Positions 11,796 to 27,426 of a DNA stretch of 64,000 nucleotides are shown here, piece by piece (position 1 is the first letter of the stretch; each line of letters begins with the position of its first letter). Made by a program: the position numbers and the translations under genes. Below the pieces are notes generated by a model. That model made no database searches. It was not told the origin of the DNA and saw only the letters and a list, made by a program, of their open reading frames with translations. This DNA is from Cycas panzhihuaensis (lineage: Eukaryota; Plantae; Cycadophyta): assembly GCA_023213395.1 (NCBI GenBank), contig CM041465.1:193695741-193759740 (forward strand), written 5' to 3'.

Positions 11796-14700
11796 GTTGT
11801 AGATTACAAAGTAGAATCCATATTTGAGAGTTAATATCACTTCCAAATGGTTGGAAGTGTTAAAAAACACTAGGGAGATGTCCCCATAGTATAAATAGTT
11901 TTAGAGAGGTAGTAAATGCCTCTACTTAATAATTCAAATAATTAATAAAAAATTAAATAAAATAAATATAGTATTACCTTGGTATACTCACAAACAACTA
12001 TATATCAGCTCTAGTGTGCTTTAGATAGCTCTAAGTGGCTTTTAGAGGCTAAAGGTTTATGGGCACATATATTAAGGATGGTGGCTATTATCTAATATTC
12101 TCCCCCATAATGGCCATTGTATAGGACTCTAAGCTTATCCCCAAATTTGTGAAATTTGATCCTTTCTAATGCCTTTATAAATATGTCTGCTACTTAATCT
12201 TCTATACTATAATATGCTAATTTGATCTCACTTGCTTGAACTAACTCTTTGATAAATTGGTACTGAGTTTCTATGTGCTTTATTCTACCAAGAAACACAG
12301 GATTATAGGTCATCTAAATAGTACTTTGATTATCACACCATATTTTAGTTTGACCCTTTTGTTCAATCTAAAAGTCTTATAGAAGTCATCAAAGCCATAT
12401 TGTTTCACATATATTAGAGACTGCTACTTTATATTCTGCTTCAACTATGGATAGAGAAATAATATTTTGCTTCTTGGTGCTACAAGCTATGGCTACCAAA
12501 CCTATACTAAAAGTGTAACCTAAAGTAGATTTTCTATCATCGATGTCACCTACCCAATCTGAATTTGTATAACCAATCAATCTAAAATTTGATGAAGCTT
12601 TATAATATAGCCCATATTCTGTAGTGCCTTTAAGATATTATAAAATCTTTTTGTTTGCTTGCCAATGAGTAGTCTTAGGGTCTTGCATAAATTTAGATAC
12701 TACACTAGCTGAATGCATGATGTTTGGCTAAATAGAAGTTAAGTAAATCAAACTACCAATTAATTATCTATAAAGTGTAGGATTAATAGGTGCAAAATCA
12801 TTAAGTTTAGATAACTTGATCCTAATTTTAGCTATAGTTACTAAAGATTTACAATTGATCATCTTAAACTTTTGTAGTAAGTCTAAGGTGTACTTCCTTT
12901 GAGAGATGAAGATGCCATTTTTATCCTGCCATACTTCCAAACCTAAGAAGTAATGCATTAATCCCAAATTTATCATTTTAAATTCTTTACATATAGCTTC
13001 CTTAAAGTTTTACAAAGGGTGAGGATCATTTCTAGTATAGATAATTCCATCTACATAGAGCCCCATAATTAGAATAGAATCTCCCTTGATTTTGATATAC
13101 AAGTTTGGATCTAATTGAGACCTTTCAAAACCTTGATCTCTAAAATATTTGTTACTGAAGGAATACCAAGACCTAGGTATTTTCTTTAAACTATAGAGTG
13201 CTTTTTAAAGTTTATACATTTTATCTTCTTCCCCCTGACTTCAAAACTAAGAGGTTGAGAGACATAAATATCCTTTTTAATGTAGCCATTAAGGAAGGCA
13301 CTTTTAATGTCTATTTGATAAACATTCTATCCTATTTATGCTACCAAACTCATCATCATGCATATGGTTTCCATACGTGAAATAAAGGAAAATGTCTCAC
13401 TATAATCAATACCTTCTCTTTGCATATAGCCTTTGGCTACTAATCTAGCTTTATATTTGTCAATTGATCCATCGGATCAAAACTTAGTTTTATAAACCTA
13501 CTTAGTACAAATCACCTTTTTATTAGGAGGTAAGTCAACCAATTCCCAAGTATCATTCTTAACAATGGAGTTATATTCTTCCTCCATTGCCTTTTTCTAA
13601 GAATCATGTGTATTGGCCTCATAAAAGGTTTCAGGTTTATGAATTTCTATAAGTTGACTCATGAGGTTAAAATTTACCCTATGTGCATGAATAGATCTCC
13701 AATTATAGTTATTATCTAGGATGTTATCCATGTCATGATTTCTTTGAACCCTTTTTGAAAGTCTTTATGGTAGAGGTTAAGAAGAGATTCCCTCCCCACT
13801 TGATACATCAATTGTTTATCTTGATTCGTGCCTAGGTGACACATATTTAGACTTAGTAGAATCAAGATTTATTATTACACCATTCCCTTAGTTTTAAGCA
13901 TCATCAATGTGGTAGTAATCATCTTCTTAGAATTTAACATCTTGACTCATTATGACCTTTCGAGATTTTAGATTATAAACTTTGTAAGATTTTAAGGCAT
14001 CATTGTACCCAATGAATATGCATTTAATGCTATGATCATCTAACTTAGATCTTCTTTATTGAGGTATATGTGCATAAGCTAAGCATCCAAAGACTCTTAA
14101 GTAATGGATACTGGTCTTATATCTCATCTAAACATCTTTAGTAGTTTTCCATCTTAGTGATTTGGTGGTACACCTATTGATTAAATAGATAGTCGTGTGA
14201 ACTACTTCTACCCAAAATTCATGTTCTAATCTCATCTTTTAACATATACCTAGCCATTTTGACTATAGTATGGTTCTTCCTTTACACTACACCATTTTGC
14301 TAAGGAGTGTAGGGATTTGTAGGCTATTTCCTAATTCCATGATGAGTACAATAAGCTTTAAATTCATTTGAAATAAACTTTACCCTATTATCTAATCATA
14401 GGAAGAGGAATTTATGTCCACTTTATCTTTCCACATAGGTTTTGAAGTTGACAAAGTGTTGAAAAGCATCTGATTTAAATTTGAGGATATAAACCCATGT
14501 TTTCCTTGTAAAATCATCAATGAATGTAATAAAATATTTGGCTCTTACTAATGAGGGAATATCCATAGGACTATAAATATCTGTATATACTAATTTGAGA
14601 GGTCCTTTGACTCTATAACTATTGTCTAGAAAACTTTCCTTATGTTTTTTTCCAAGAAAGTATCCTTCACAAATACCTTTATCAATGTCAATATATGGTA

Positions 14701-17700
14701 ACCCAACTACCATATCCATCCTTTTTATTAATGCCAGACTTCTATAACTTAGGTGGCCAAATCTCTAGTGCCATGTGTCACTATCAAGCTTTATTAATAT
14801 TTTCAAAGTATAATTATCAGAAGGAGTAAGGACTAGTTTGAGGAGTCTATCCTTAGTTATTTTCCCTTTGGCTACAACCATCTTATTTCTTCTTTTGTCT
14901 TTAATAGTACATTCTCCATTATCAAATATTACCTTGTAATCCTGAGCCATCATCTATCATACAGATAAAAGGTTTTTCTTAAGGGTTGATACATAAAGTA
15001 CATCATCAAGGTATTTAGAGTTTCCTAATTATGTTTACCTAATTATGTTTATAACACTATGTTGCCTCTTTCAATAGACTCATGGGAGGTATCATCACTA
15101 AAGATAATTGATCCTTTTTTGGTTCTATCTAAAGTACTAAATGGATGCTCTTTATATGTTATGTGAGTGGAGCAATCTGAATTAATGTACTAATTATCAT
15201 CTTCATCTTCATGGGCAATGAAACTAGATAGAAAAAGATGATTATTTTTCCTTGCTTCCACAACAGTATTAACACTTCCTTTATTTGGTAGATCATATTT
15301 ACCAAAGTATTTATCTTCTCTATGGCTAACATGATTATAAAAAGTACAACAAGATGAATCTCTTCTACCAAAACCTAGGCTCTTGCTATGAGGATAGGAC
15401 TTATCAACATGAGATGGTCTCCCTATTTCCATGAGTGGAGCTTGAATCTCCCTTTGTCTATTATTTGTATAAGTAGGATTAGTCATTTGAGGTGGCATGT
15501 CCCCTTGACAATTTGGACAACAATAGCTTGTCCCATGATTTCTTTCTTTCCTTTGGTACCTATCATAACTAATATTCCTTAGTTTAGCTCCTTGTCTCCT
15601 TTGGTATCAAGTTTGATATTTAGGTTGCATTTCTTGATGAACATCTTATCTAGGGTTCTTGTTCCTTCCTTTTGGGGATTAATCCAGTACCAGCTTAAGA
15701 ATTAGATTGTATTCTTGCTTTAGTAGAAAAAACATATTTAAGAGATTCATTGGTATTTTGTTGTTTCTCTACTACTATTAAGAGATATCTTAGTTGATCT
15801 ATTTTTAATACACTTAAGTCTTTTGATATACTAATTCTAGTAGTAACCATTTCAAATCTCTTAACAACACTAACTCATCTCATGATTTATTCAACTACTC
15901 TTTGTTTAGTCAAAGTATCCCCAAGTGATCTCATCTAATTTACTATGTCTTCCACCTTTGTCATAAGATTGGTTACAGATTCATTTGGCATCATGCTATG
16001 ATTTTCAAACTTGCTTCTTAGGGTCTATAATTTTGATGAAGCAACCCCTTCATAGATTAACTGTAAAGTGTCACAAGCCTCTTTGGAAGTCACTGATTCA
16101 TTAACTCTTGGAAATATGTGGTCTTCAAGTGCACATAATATCAATATAAGTGCTTCACTGTCTTTCTTGACATTTACTTTATAGGTTAACTTCTCAAGAT
16201 CTATTGGGTTTTGACCTAATTCATTATACCCTATTCTCACAATATCCCATATTTCATGAGCTATGTGGATGGGTCTCATCCTCCTACTCTATTTTAGAAA
16301 ATTAAAACAATTAAATTTAGAGATAATCATATTATCAAAGTTAGATGCTATTATGTTTCAACTAGGTTTTGTTAAGTCCTTTAATAAAAATACCCCTAAA
16401 GATATAATTTCTAAACAAGGTTTGAAAAAATTAACCCAAAAATAAAGTTTTAAAGTTTTCCAAGCGTTAATGAGTGTCTTAGTCCCTATAAAGGCTTCTA
16501 GTCTCTAAGTCTAAGTGTCCCCAAGAGAAGCCTTCAATTGTTATACTGTCTAGTGGTGCATGCCTATAAGTGGAAAACTAGAGAGCTAATATATTAGTAC
16601 ATGAGATCTAAGCTTGATATACCTTTGTCAATAAGCTACTAAGAAGGTGTTAATATCCCCCTAATTTGTGTGCCTATTTTTATCAGTCTTATACTTAATA
16701 ATAGATCTAGGATTGATGGATTTGCTAACCAAGGCACTCACCCTCTCTACGTCTAGCCTTAGTCTCCAAACTCCAAAAATAGATAGGTTCTACACCTCAT
16801 ATTGCCACCTAATATGCTTGATAGCCAATGATATTCCTCATCTAATATGAGTAGGCTAAAGGTGTATGCATGGTGGTAACTTCAGGGGTCCTTACTATTC
16901 CCCTTACAAGGCTAGAAAAATAGGTGGTTAATTCAAGTGATTATCTTATTTAACATGAGAATAATAAATATTATGTATGGTCTTGCTTAAATAATAAAAG
17001 ATTCCTTTTGATATCAAGAAATAAATGAACTTAAGATAAGCAAGGCTAAACTTAATTTCAAATAAAAAGATAATCAATGCTTTAGAATTAACTCATTATT
17101 GAGAAATAAAATCAAAGATTAAACTATTTCTTTTCAATGGATGCAAATACGTAACTATTCTCTTTCAATTTTAAAAAATTCTCCTTGAACAATAGAATAA
17201 TTTGCTTGGAAAGAAGGAAATCTAAAAAATATATGTATGTTCTATCAATTAAATACACTAATGCAAAGATATCTTAACAAAGAAATATGAGCAAGATTTT
17301 CTTATGCAAGCTTTATCTTTCAAATGAAGAAACCCCTTGAAAGGTAACTTAAAATAGCTTTCAATGATAATGTATTCACTTTCAATGAGATTAACTTAAT
17401 GAGTTAATAACAATCTATAAGCAAATGAATTCAAGGAGATGATCTTTGTAAATGCTCAAATTCTCTTTTAATCAAGGAGATGCACCTTTAAAATGCTCAA
17501 ATACTCTTTTAAACAAGGAGATGAACCTTTCAATCTTCAAATACTTTTCAATCAAGATAGTTAATCAATATTTAAAACTAATAAGATTCTAAAATGAAGA
17601 TAAAACTTATAATCCTTCTCTAAAATGATGAATATAAATGGCTTATAATCTTTTGATCAAGGATATATATAAAAGGTCTTATAATGAAAGATGATGTATA

Positions 17701-20116
17701 TAAAGGTATAATGATATCCTTGAGTAAAAGGAGCCTTAAAGCTTGAAAGAATAAAAAACTATATGAATAATTTATGCAATGATACACTTATATGATTTCA
17801 AGAGATATGAGAGGCCTTAAGGCAAATAAAAATTCCTTTAAATTATGAAATAATGAGCTCAAGATGCATAAAATCAATTGCAAATATATCTAGATGCAAT
17901 GTGAGATGAAATAAAAGAGATTTCTTTTGTGGATTCTTTTGTAAACAAGGTGTACTTATTGAAGTAAATAAAAAGATAAATGGCCTTAAATAGACATAAA
18001 TAAAACTCCTTAAACAAGAAAAAAAGTCACTCAGATTCACTTTTAGATGTAATGAAAAGAAAATAATAAGATAATATGTACCCATTTATAGCTTTTGAAT
18101 GTAATAGGGATCCTACTACTCCAAAAGCTAAAGAGATGCTAAAAGGCTACAAAATAATTTGTAAATCTTATAAACATTAGCAAATATCATTAATAATTAG
18201 TTAGTATATAAATATCAATCAAGTATATTTAGTTAGAAAGAAAGTTTGGCTCAAAATATCTCCAAAAGTATCCAGCTAGAACTAAAATAAAGCCTTAAAT
18301 TTATGGATGTAAATGGCTTATACAATGATGTCAAAATAAGATGAAGCCTATTTTATTATGAAGAACTCTAAAAAACCTTTCTAAAGGTTTAGACAACTTG
18401 AGAAATAGAGTTGTAAAACTCAAGTTATTAATGAAGCAGTGAATAGACCTATTTATGATTAATAAAATATGAGTAATAAATGAAGGTCAACTTTGGCCTA
18501 ATCAAACTCTATAAAAAATGGCTGAAATCAATAAAATAAGGTCTCCAAGCTATAGATCTCTAAGTTAAGAGTCTAATGAATTTAACAATTTAAAATTTTG
18601 ACTCAACAATGTTGAGATATAACTGAAAACATAAATAGTCCTCTTTACATAAACATCAAAAAATAAAAAATAAATATATTAAGGTTTAGCCCTTTTTGAA
18701 ATAGGTTACTAGTCATATAAGGAGCCATGTGACTAGTGGCTATAACCCTAAGGTGGCCCTAGATCTTAAAAGTTATCAAATAAGTAATATAGTTTTTGAA
18801 AATATAAAAATATTCTAATTTAATTTATAAAGGATTGAAGTCCATAACTGTTTGGATCATATCTAGACCAAATGGGACCAGGGGCTGAGGATGAAGGGGG
18901 CTAATGCCCAAAACCCATGCAAAATTGAAATAGTAATCAAATTTAATTAAAATAAGGTAAAACTTTGTAAAATTTTTTTTTTTTTCAATGAAAATAACTG
19001 GTCATTGATTCAATGGACATACAAATAGTTTTCCATACTAAAATCAATTGAAAGAGTCATGAAAGCTAGTCATGAATGATTAGACAGTAATAACTGATGG
19101 TTTACAATGAAGATCAGTGAAAAAACATTCAAAAAATATGTATTTTAATTATAAAAACTATGTAAAAACTTATAGATGAGATCGCATGGTGAACGATAGA
19201 GTAATGGGCAAGTTTTTTCATAGAAATCAATAAAAAATAGCTTGAAAACTGATCAAGATTAATGTGGAGGGTACATAGAACATAGATCTATCAAATACAC
19301 ATAAAACAAATGATTTTAAGTATATAAAACACTTAAAAAGAATGGCCACAAAGTCGTATAGCAAAGGGAGGATGCAGAGGGCATTTTTGGCACAAAAAAA
19401 TGGTGAAAATGATCTTAAACCTAATAAAAAATATAGTGAGGAGGGGTACTATCAATCTTAGATAGAGATTGATGAGAAAATTCTAAAAAAAAAAAGGTTT
19501 TTTTAATATATATATATATATATATATAGTTGAAAAATGACATAAATGAAGGGTGCACAGATAGTGGTCACTTTAGGAGCTTTTTCTTCTCACTGGGGTC
19601 ACAAAACATGACAAAATTTGAGGGGTAGCTTCCTCTTGTTGATGCTAAGTTGCACATGAAATATCACTGTGAACAGATATCTATAAGCTGAGAATAAGCC
19701 TACCAAATATCAAGAGACCATAGAGGGTGTTGGGGTCGTATGATTGAAATTGGGCTAAAAAACTATTATGAATAGATTCTACAAGTTTAAAAGCACCTTG
19801 ATACCAAGTTTTGGAGAAAACCAATGAGAAACAAAGCCAAATAAGAGTTAATATCATTTTTGAAGGGTTAGCAGTGTTGAAAAACACTAGGGAGGTATCT
19901 CCATAGTATAAATAGTTTTGGGGAGGTAGTAAATGCCTCTATCTAACAATTCAAATAATTAATAAAAAATTAAATAAAATAAACATAATACTTACCTTTG
20001 TATACTTACAAACGATTACATGTTGACTCTCATGGGATTTAGGTAGTTTGAGGTGGCTTTTGGGGGCCTTAGGTGAATTGCCATACATGTTGAGGATGGT
20101 GGCCATTATTGCAATA
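11796..20116 (-). mobile_element. Ty1/copia E, full-length but degenerate
   Basis: LTRs ~11796-12097 and ~19809-20116 share the core tgtt(a/g)aaaaacactagggag...gatggtggc. PBS remnant (cttgatacca) ~19797-19806; PPT (ttctcccc) ~12098-12107. gag ~16350-15600, protease ~15190, integrase (YFITFIDDFTRKTWVY) ~14770-13950, RT ~13600-12700, RNase H (GYTNSDWVGDIDDRKST) ~12580-12130. Confidence 0.93.
19506..19528. repeat. (AT)n microsatellite
   Basis: Read directly from the sequence. Confidence 0.9.
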
Positions 20117-23100
20117 TGTGAGTTAAAAAATCTTGTGAAGATTGGTTGCAAGCCTATTAAAGCCATGTTGTAAAAGATCTTATATAGTAGGAAGAAACCT
20201 ATATGATCTAATTTGATGAGCTAATATGCTAATGACAAAGTAGTGATAAAGTTAGTGATAGAGCTAGTATACAATCCAATTTTGAGGTATGAATGATGAC
20301 TCAAAATTCCTAATATATCTATTATATCAATGGCATGTGACTGACATTCAAGGGCTAGAATAAGTTAATGAAAATTATTAGAGATCCAAATACAATGATG
20401 AAAGCCATATATAAGAGTGAAGTTAAACAAAGTTGCATGATCAAAAAGCAATATAAATGGTATGTTAATGCTAAATCTATATAGATAATTGATTTTAGCA
20501 TATAGGCCTATATACTTAAAACATATAGGTGTTAAAGAAATCCATTACATATGATGAAAATAAGAGAAACTATTTCTAATTGAGTTTATCAATATAGACT
20601 ATCCATCTATAGAAGTGACTAAGATTTTGTGAGACTATACATCTCACCAAATCTCATAATTAGTAGTGATAGATTATTAACAAGAGTAGAAAAACAACTA
20701 GTATCCCATAAGTATGCTAACAGGCTTATATAAGATTAGAAGTGACAATTTAAACTAGGTTTGAGGTATGAAAAGTAGCATGATCGATAAATATTGATAG
20801 GTTAAAATAAAAGATATGTAGGGAACATTGATTTGCTATGCATGTGATGAGAATATTAACAACAAGAATAAATAATATTATAAAGAGATTTGATTATATT
20901 ATGATGGTGTTATCATTTTAAAGGGCATGTAATATGTGGATAAAGAGCACATATTATTGATGCATAGTTTAATAAGAATATTAATGATATATATGTCATA
21001 TTATAAATCATAATATAAGATAGTTGATATGTGATACAATATTTAAAATCATTTGATAATTTGAAGAAAATAGATACGTGGCATATGTATTTGTTTATGA
21101 TTATACTGAAGTACATGTTTGAAGATTTATAAGCAAGGATTTTGATAGTGGCATACAACTATTCATATTAGAGTTTAAAGATCAATGTTCTGAGATTAAA
21201 GGATATGGATCTTCATTTAATGATGTAAGGGTTCAAGGAAATTCTATAAGGAAGTTGTTATCAAGAGTATTACTATGAGATGGATGATTGAGAATTAAGA
21301 AAAATCTCATGAGTTTGATACCTCTCTAATAATCAATACCTTACCAAAGAAGAAAGTAATCATTCACGTACTCAAAGTTTCCCTTAATCAGTTAACCATA
21401 GCAAAGCCAAGCCCTACATAATCTAAAGAAAGGCTACCTAAAATAGAATAAGTATCTGAATTGCTCTTATTATAAGTTTTATTTAAATATGATGGAGCTA
21501 TCTACATAACATGAAACACATCTACATCCCATAGAACTAGCCTAATTACCATGTATAAAAACTTGTATATAGAATCTAGCATGATACATATCTAAAGGCC
21601 TTGCTTGAGAGAACCATCTACCAAGAAAGATGTAAGCCTCCATGTAAATGTATCCCATATATAGACAAGTTATAGAGAAGTTTATAGATATCACTACCCA
21701 TAGCCAACACAGATCATAGTATATAAGAAAGCATAAAGAGATCAATCCATACATCTACAAAGAAAAATAGAAGAAAAACCTCTATAGACAATGCTATCAT
21801 ACATAATCACCTAAGTATATTTTCCACAATCCATGCTATTAATTTACCTCTTTTCACATGGAGATTACCCATAGTCAAATAGAAATTAAACACTATCATC
21901 ACATATAAAAATCATATATGGAGGTTATATAATTATCAATTTAAAAATTTACAGTTGCACATAGGAATTTTAATTTGAATTTAAAAAAATATAAATTATT
22001 TTTTGAATTTAATATGATTGATATTCATGTGAGATTCAAGGTAAAAATAGACATGAAAATTTTATTAATTAGATCTCTTTTTTTTTTCAATTATAAAGTT
22101 AAATTAACCTATATTTCATAATATTTCAAATTCATAAAGCCTCATTGTTATCTAACGAATGGTCACATAATGTCAACATATGACCAACAACCCAAGACAA
22201 GAAGGGATAAATATTTTTCTTAAGGATCACATAGTTTTTATGACACATTAGCATAATTTTGGCTACGTCTTTTTACTGGAGTATCCATTTTTCATATTGT
22301 TAGTTACATTAGAAAGAAAATTTTGAGATGGTCAAAATAAGTGATTTCAACACATATTTCATACACTAGATAATAGAGATATTAAGTGGTAAAGTTGATC
22401 AAAGTGCTCTTAATCTTATAAAAGATGTATTTTATGACCATTTTTAAAAAAGGAAAATCACATATTTTAATATTTTCAAAGGCTCCCAATATGATGATGA
22501 TCTTATTTTTAGTTGATAAAGAAAGAAAAAGGATGTTTCATTAAAAAATGAATAATTTAAGGTCCATTTATTATATTTAAAAGCTCATGAAAAATGAAAA
22601 ATACATTAAATGGGATATATTTAATGAGTTATTAATATAAAAAAATATTGATATGTTAGATATGAAATTCCCCTTGAAATTTTATGTATTTGTTGAAATG
22701 TAAGTGCATCATACTTCTTAAATGATAGATCACATGTTTATTGATGACAAATGAATGATTAGTGACATTTGATTAATGATGATAATGATGGTACCTGATA
22801 TTTGATAAAGGGCCTAGATCATTATTTATTAAAGAAATAAGTAGTTAGTTAAGAATTCCATTTGTTTATGAGATAAGGAGAAAAGTTTCATATATTGTTT
22901 ACTTAGCATACCTAATTAGTTATTAAATTTATCCAACTAATAATCAGTTGTTGAGATTATTCAACTAAAAGATAATATTTATTCATATTTGTCAGTGAGA
23001 AATTAGACTCACCATGTATGATAAGAGGCATGACAATATATTATTTATGTTACCTTATTATAGCTAACCTGTCTTAGCTAAGTAGTTCAGCTTGTTTTCA

Positions 23101-23399
23101 AAATTAGTATGTTTGAATTATTATTCATTAATGATGAGTGATTAATGATTACCAAAAAATAGTTGCTAATGTGTATAAGTGAGGAACCATATAAAAAATA
23201 TTGTATACTAGAGGTAAGTAATTTTTCATAAGCTACTCTTACATAGCACACTAGATTGTGTTTTTCTAACTTATACTCAAGAGACAAGATTATGCTACTC
23301 TTGTAACAAGTATCTAAAATAATTACCTAGAGAACTAGTGATTATAGAGGTTGGTTACCTATGTATTTTGGTAAATGGTTATTATTTTATATGGATCTT

Positions 23400-24350
23400 A
23401 TAATCAATTTGTTTGTTAAAATTATTGATAACTGGTTAATAGATGACGTTTTATAGTAACTTTATAAGTGAAGATGTTTACGAAAACACTTCATATATTA
23501 GTTGATGTTGATAATTAATGGTTGTTTTATAATTTATATTTATAGGTTAGATTTTTATACTTGGTTAGTATTGATTATAGATAACTATATATAGGTTGAC
23601 ACAGGTTATTGTAAGTTAATACTTATAGGAGATAAGCATGATATATTAAAAATATAACCATAGAATATTATAACCTAAGAATAATAAAATAGTATCATAA
23701 TATTAACATTATGGACTTAATATCAATCTCTTTAGATCTCACCTTATAGGTGTATTTATAATCATGTTTTGGGCATATATGAGATTATTTACCACACTTA
23801 CAACTAATAATATTTGTCTTTTTATGTTGACCAATTATGTGTGACCACCTATTTAGCTAATTATATTAAATGTATATTATATTCTAATACTCCCCCAGAA
23901 TACATATTTGGTTGTATACCAAGATTTTATTTGAGTTGACAATGCTTGGCCTTCGATAATACATTGGTAGGAATATTTATAACTCAGTGTTCTATCTTAT
24001 AATGTTAAAGTCAAACTTGTCAATCATAGATGAGTTCTTTGATATAGTAATATTTGATGTCAATGTGATTTATTTTTCTATGCATAAAAAGATTTTTAGT
24101 CATTTGAATTATATTTTGATTATTACAAAATATCACTATTGGTTCTTGTTGAGGTTGATATAAATCATCAAGATTTCTTCTGAGCTAAATTACTTATCTT
24201 CATATTGATTCAATTGCTTTGTATTCAAGTTTTATTGTAGATAAAGAAATTGTTGGATATTTCTTTGTGTTCTAGGATATAGATGTTGAACTAATGTTGA
24301 ATACATATCATAAAATTGACTTTATATCTTCAGTAATGACACATTTACTG
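23400..24350 (-). mobile_element. Ty1/copia 3' fragment F (RNase H, PPT, LTR)
   Basis: Minus-strand copia RNase H remnant (..ISLSTIKLEY..YCNNQ..NHIDIKYYYIKE..) ~24350-23930; PPT (tactccccc) ~23888-23896; LTR-like AT-rich sequence to the left with an uncertain outer boundary. Confidence 0.75.
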
Positions 24351-24500
24351 GTCATAGGCAAAAATATAAGATACAAATATAACTTGATATAACATGATAT
24401 AGATTATTTTATAGGTTATAGAATCTAATAGATATGAAGATAATGAAGATCAAGGAGATGAAGACTTGAATATTTGAAGACATCAAATATTAAGGGGGAA

Positions 24501-25029
24501 TATGAGAATATGTGATATAAGTGTATATGTAATGTTTAGTATTACTGATATAGACATATATATAAACCCACTCACCAAATACATTGAGAGGTGTGACACA
24601 CATACATATCCATGTAAATATCCTATTGGATGATGAAATGACTCAAGAGAAATAATAAGATACTCATGAAGTGACTACTAATATAAATATATATACACAC
24701 CACTTGAGCACTTAATAAAGGAGATGTATTCATTCTAATCATAAGGAGACCTTCAAACTCCACTTTCTCTTATGGTTTTTCTCCACACTGAGTTTTTCAC
24801 ATATAATTATATTATTTCTCTCTTATAGTGATACTTACTGATTAATATTTCTATCATTGATACTTTATATTCATGTTTATTACTTTATATGTGTACATTC
24901 CTTATGAGATAAATTATTGTTCATATATGTATGCTATATTTCCACTATATTATATTCATTACATCACATGTTATCAAACTCAAATTCTAAATTCTAATAT
25001 GGTATCAAATTGAATTTACATGTCTAACA
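24501..25029 (+). repeat. 3' LTR of element D
   Basis: Follows the PPT, ends CTAACA and is followed by the TSD ATCAT. Confidence 0.9.
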
Positions 25030-26884
25030 ATCATGAGGTATGTCATCATGATATTTATAGTAATTGGCCTTATAAATATCTTCTTTTAAGGTCTTTAATT
25101 CATAGAACTTAATTCTATTTTGGATGCTTTCACTAATGAACCTATGAGTTTTAACATACTAGAAAATCTCCATAAATTGACTCTTATATTTATCCACTAA
25201 CATCCTTCCTTACTTCAACTCATACATGGCTTCCATTTTCTTATTATAATACTGCTTTGAAAGATACTTTTACCTAAAATATTTGATAAAGTTACTCCAT
25301 CTTAATTCTCTATGATGAATGTTTTTTATCTTATTATAGTGATCCTACCATAAGGATGCTTTTCAAGTCAACTTATAAACAATATTTCTCACTTTCTCAT
25401 TGGAATTGAACTTGTTTAACCTAAAGTACTTTTTAATATTAAGTTGAAATACTTTTCATCACCTTCAATTTTGATTTTATTATTAAAATTAGGTGGCTTA
25501 TCTTTCTTATTTTATACTAAAGTGTATTCTTTCAACCCCTCATCCTTCTCATCTTGGCCTTAGAGTACTAGTAAAAAAATTTAGTACTAATAGATGTTCT
25601 TCACTATGATTTGGAGTCATTCTCTTGGTTCTCCTACTAGAATATTCTTAGTTTTATGGTTCTCATAATCCTCTTATTCTTTCATTCCTCTAAGTGTGAT
25701 GATACCACATGCATTTCTTATCTTGGTTAATGGTTTATTGAATATTATGGAACATTTCCTCATGGTTCTTCATAGTAGCATCATGCTTCCTCTTAAACCT
25801 TTTATTATCTTGTTTCTAGATTTTTAATTACTCTCATAAGCTAAGGATAACTCCCACTAAGTTAATCAAAATATCATCTCATGGGTTCTCTCCAAGCCTT
25901 GGAAGTTCTTTAGTTCCAACCTCTTCAATGTTAGGGTCTTCTTAACCTTTATGAACCATCTATTAATCATCCTGGCAAGTACTCTCTATTCTTATGTTGT
26001 TTTCCTACTTACCTCTATAAGTTGTTCTCAAATATTTAATAATTCCCTAGCAATGTGCTTGAACTCAACCTTGAATCTCTAATAGGTAATCTATTTTGAT
26101 AAGTTTCTACTTCACTTTTCACTTAGAATCTCTAATAAGTTATTTATTAGATATATATAGGCTTCAAACTTAGGCTCTAACACCACCTATAAAGGACCTA
26201 ATCTAACATAATCTTTGGCCATTTTTATCCCTCCTAACTAGAACTCCACTGAGTCAACCAACTAAGGTTAACACTAGCTATCCCATCTTAAATAGTAGAA
26301 TCCCTATTATAGTATCATTAGATTTACCTAATAGTCATAATAAGATCAAGTGGATAGAGCGCTTCATATTTCATTCCCTATAACCACTCAAAATGGTTTC
26401 TAATAATAGATTGTATTGCTCACAATAAAATATATAGAAAACTATAACAAATTAGTTTTCAAAAATCCATATTGAAATTAATAAGTTATGGGGAAGAATA
26501 ATGAAATTTCTTAAATTGATTTACTATTGAGACATTTGAATTCCCTAAAGGAAAAACATCCTTGAGATAGAGCACATGATATGAATGTTAAGGTATTGGT
26601 TAGTCTCTTAACATATATACTTAATTTCTTTTCTAAGACTCCTCTAGATATTATTAGCTTTGTAGAAGCTACAATAATATTTAAGCATCCATATAACTAC
26701 CCTAACTTCTTAATAAGATCTTAACACACTTCTTTGACAAATAAAAATATATTATTCTCATACCTTTATGTAGTAAACTTGTTAGTAACATCATACCACA
26801 TATAACTTCCTCTTAAATTGATCTCTTTAAACTATCTCATAATAATCTCCTATATGTTTTCTACCATGTAATCAAGGATATGAA

Positions 26885-27045
26885 TAAGGACTCACTTAAC
26901 CTAAATTCCATTCACATAAATAAGAGGGGACTCACTCAACCCCTAAAGGAAAAGGAGACTTACCTAACCCTATTTCCTTAAATGACCAAAAAGATGGGGA
27001 CTCACTCAATCTAATTTTCTCAATAAAAAGACTTGCTCAACCTTG
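26885..27045. repeat. Degenerate tandem motif (GGACTCACTCAACC, ~5 copies) in the LTR of C
   Basis: Copies near 26888, 26928, 26956, 26998 and 27030. Confidence 0.7.
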
Positions 27046-27390
27046 CTTTCTTTTACAAACACTAATTATATAATAATTAAATAGTCTAATGAGATTAAAG
27101 TAATAGTCCATAAATACATTCATGATATATTCCCATTTATTCTCTTACATGGGATCATGGAAGTTATCAAATAAAGAATCTATTATGGATTACCTCCTAT
27201 ATAATTTAGCTTCTAGGATGCCCAATATAAAAGAAAATTATATGTCATTAGCTTCTTTCTATTTTGGCAAAGTAAAATTCTAAGACATAGCTTTCTTTAT
27301 AGAACTTTAACTTACATAGTCTTTGTAAATTCTTTGTCCTTTCTTCCTTTGTCTCTTTTTACATCTTTAACTTCTCTTAAGCATATAATC

Positions 27391-27426
<36 letters not shown>
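27391..27426. repeat. Compound microsatellite (CT)10(AT)8
   Basis: Read directly from the sequence. Confidence 0.95.

Larger units (their letters stand above)
11231..25029 (+). mobile_element. Non-autonomous LTR element D (copia-type termini) with nested insertions
   Basis: Homologous LTRs at 11231-11752 and 24501-25029. PBS TGATATCAGAGCC 11753-11765, PPT TAAGGGGGAA 24491-24500, perfect TSD ATCAT (11226-11230 / 25030-25034). No recognisable pol of its own. Confidence 0.9.

Noticed and set aside
20400-20900. Possible SIRE-like gag remnant (KLGLRY, CYAC) in element D
   Set aside because: Too decayed to support; the zinc knuckle is incomplete.
22150-22520. Possible hAT transposase remnant
   Set aside because: Only a vague resemblance over a few codons, with no catalytic motifs or TIRs.
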